From contig CAZOLO010000004.1 in assembly GCA_964581035.1 (NCBI GenBank), positions 1 through 63,818 on the forward strand: 63,818 bases of DNA, in the 5' to 3' direction. Both the position numbers and the translations under genes were made by a program. Below, piece after piece: positions 62,706 through 63,818 of the stretch; within the stretch, counting starts at the first letter, position 1; each line of letters opens with the position of its first letter. The DNA is from an uncultured Candidatus Saccharibacteria bacterium (lineage in GTDB: Bacteria > Patescibacteriota > Minisyncoccia > Phycocordibacterales > CSBR16-119). The notes under the pieces were generated by a model. It was not told the DNA's origin. It searched no databases and saw nothing but the letters and a program-made list of their open reading frames with translations.

Positions 62706-62777
62706 GGCCCTATCGTCTAACGGTTAGGACACCACGTTTTCAATGTGGGAATCAGAGTTCGATTCTCTGTAGGGTCA
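62706..62777 (+). tRNA. tRNA-Glu (anticodon UUC)
   Basis: Hand-folded as GGCCCTA-TC-GTCT-AACGGTTA-GGAC-A-CCACG-TTTTCAA-TGTGG-GAAT-CAGAG-TTCGATT-CTCTG-TAGGGTC-A. Confidence 0.93.
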
Positions 62778-62788
62778 CAAATCGCAAA

Positions 62789-62825
62789 AACAACAAAACA
62801 CCCAAGCGGGTGTTTTGTTGTTTTT
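62789..62825 (+). terminator. Terminator after tRNA-Glu (AACAACAAAACACCC-AAGC-GGGTGTTTTGTTGTT then TTT)
   Basis: Long hairpin plus T-run. Confidence 0.7.
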
Positions 62826-62998
62826 AGAAAGCAAACTGCTTTGCTTTCGGCGGTTTGTGAAGGCGGAAGCATAATTTTCTGATAAGAAAATAGTTGAGCC
62901 GGGGTCGCGAGCATTTGGTAGAATTCGAATGAAATGAAGAATTATACTTAGTGACTTGTGACACAAAGGAGCGATATTTCAAGCGCTCGAGAAGCATT

Positions 62999-63032
62999 AT
63001 AAAACCACGTCTTTATAAAGACGTGGTTTTAT
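62999..63032. terminator. Perfect palindrome AAAACCACGTCTTTATAAAGACGTGGTTTT (bidirectional terminator-like)
   Basis: Inverted repeat read from the sequence, in a region without confident genes. Confidence 0.45.
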
Positions 63033-63286
63033 ATAAAATACAAGAATGGAAGATATTTCTTTTAAGGATACGATAGTCGCTACATCTCTAGGTTTTAACA
63101 ATCTTATATCTGAATTCATGTCTTCATAATAACATTTTGTTGTATTTGACAAATGTATATACAAATGGTACTTATCCACAGGTTTTGCAGTTATTTGTTG
63201 TAAATTAAGGGTAATCAAGAATATATAGCATGCTACAATCACAAAGTAATCTAGGTTGCGTAACATTAATAATTAAAAACAAAAAT

Positions 63287-63523
63287 ATGAATGATTCTAA
63301 AAAGTTGTACGAGGAATACTTAGGTATTGTAAAAAAGACAGAGCTTTATGCTCATGATATGTCAGATGGTAGGGGGGTTCAAATTAAACCCATAAATCTA
63401 GAAGATATGGAAAGGAGAAATATTCTTGCCAAAGAGTTGATGGATAAACATAGTGACATATTAGAACTAAACCCATCTGAATGGCATGAGATAAGGGTTC
63501 ATGCTGAAATGGATGAAGCTTAG
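63287..63523 (+). CDS. Hypothetical protein (78 aa)
   Basis: ORF starting at ATG 63287 (MNDSKKLYEEY). The stop overlaps the next ORF's start (ATGA). Confidence 0.45.
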   Translation: MNDSKKLYEEYLGIVKKTELYAHDMSDGRGVQIKPINLEDMERRNILAKELMDKHSDILELNPSEWHEIRVHAEMDEA

Positions 63524-63818
63524 AGACTTTGGATTCTTTGTATTTAAAAGCTGACCACTGTCACTTTTGTCACTTTAATAAAAATAATTTAACTATTTTA
63601 TGTCAAACACCTAGTAATCAAATTAATAATCACAACTCACCTAATTCTATAAACAAAATTGATGTTTCTGTTGAGAAAGAGGGTCATGGGGTATGGTTTA
63701 GATGGTTAATTGGAATAATCGTTGCCATATTAGTAGGATTACTAGGTGTTTTTTATAAGATAGACAATAATTCAATGAAAGATACTCAAATAAATAATAA
63801 TAATTCACCTTATTCAAT
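63514..63818 (+). CDS. Hypothetical membrane protein, 5' part (runs off the window end)
   Basis: The frame is open from ATG 63514 to the window edge. It is not in the supplied track because no stop is present. CxxC-like HCHFCH and TM helix WFRWLIGIIVAILVGLLGVFY. Confidence 0.4.

Noticed and set aside
62717-63266. Minus-strand ORFs 62717-62914, 62775-62966 and 62997-63266 as genes
   Set aside because: They overlap the tRNA-Glu, its terminator, or a perfect palindrome. They are low-complexity and mutually exclusive. The region looks non-coding or decayed.
1-63818. Alternative genetic code (UGA recoded, as in some CPR lineages)
   Set aside because: Housekeeping ORFs (leuS, valS, lepA, murJ, uvrA) are full length under the standard code. 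TGA serves as the stop at tightly coupled junctions (15333-15335, 21290-21292).
1-63818. Prophage, integrative element, transposon or toxin-antitoxin/defence island
   Set aside because: I recognised no integrase, transposase, recombinase, phage structural, restriction-modification or Cas signatures in any frame. The tRNA-end duplications are the only mobility-like traces.

Overview
This is a gene-dense, AT-rich bacterial chromosome segment read with the standard genetic code: long ORFs are intact and TGA acts as a stop at coupled gene junctions. The gene content suggests a reduced-genome Patescibacteria/CPR-like organism, though this is inference only. The supporting features are short UvrC and ValRS, a soluble TraD/VirD4-like ATPase next to a lamin-tail-domain protein, many small orphan genes with their own hairpin terminators, and sparse Shine-Dalgarno sites. 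Layout from the left: uvrA (partial) and uvrC, tRNA-Ala, an orphan gene and a sigma factor. Next comes a glycan-assembly locus of about 20 kb (4.9-24.6 kb) that is visibly more AT-rich. It holds polyprenyl-P glycosyltransferases, SDR epimerases, GT2/GT4 enzymes, a Wzm/Wzt ABC exporter, three methyltransferase modules and GT-C type membrane enzymes. Three tandem paralogous large surface proteins follow (24.7-32.1 kb). The rest is a housekeeping block interspersed with small orphan genes: rlmB-like, mscS, TraD-like ATPase, LTD/PKD protein, ECF sigma/anti-sigma, ychF, leuS, murJ, lepA, ftsB-like, glutaredoxin, tRNA-Arg, exonuclease, tRNA-Phe, hsp20, prsW, a PRTase, valS, tsaD, PNP and tRNA-Glu. 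I saw no rRNA, CRISPR array, transposase, integrase or reverse transcriptase. Four observations stand out. (i) The surface-protein triad has an invariant Gly-Tyr block, about seven propeller-like repeats and a 227-bp perfectly duplicated 5' end, and it sits head-to-head with a lipid-linked-sugar/GT-C module. (ii) A Wzt ABC ATPase is fused to a sulfotransferase domain, next to a giant protein with methyltransferase, coiled-coil, WbsX and GT2 modules. (iii) A complete Nudix domain is inserted into LeuRS. (iv) Partial self-copies of the tRNA-Arg and tRNA-Glu ends bracket short odd sequence blocks. All domain calls come from motif recognition by eye; no database search was possible.
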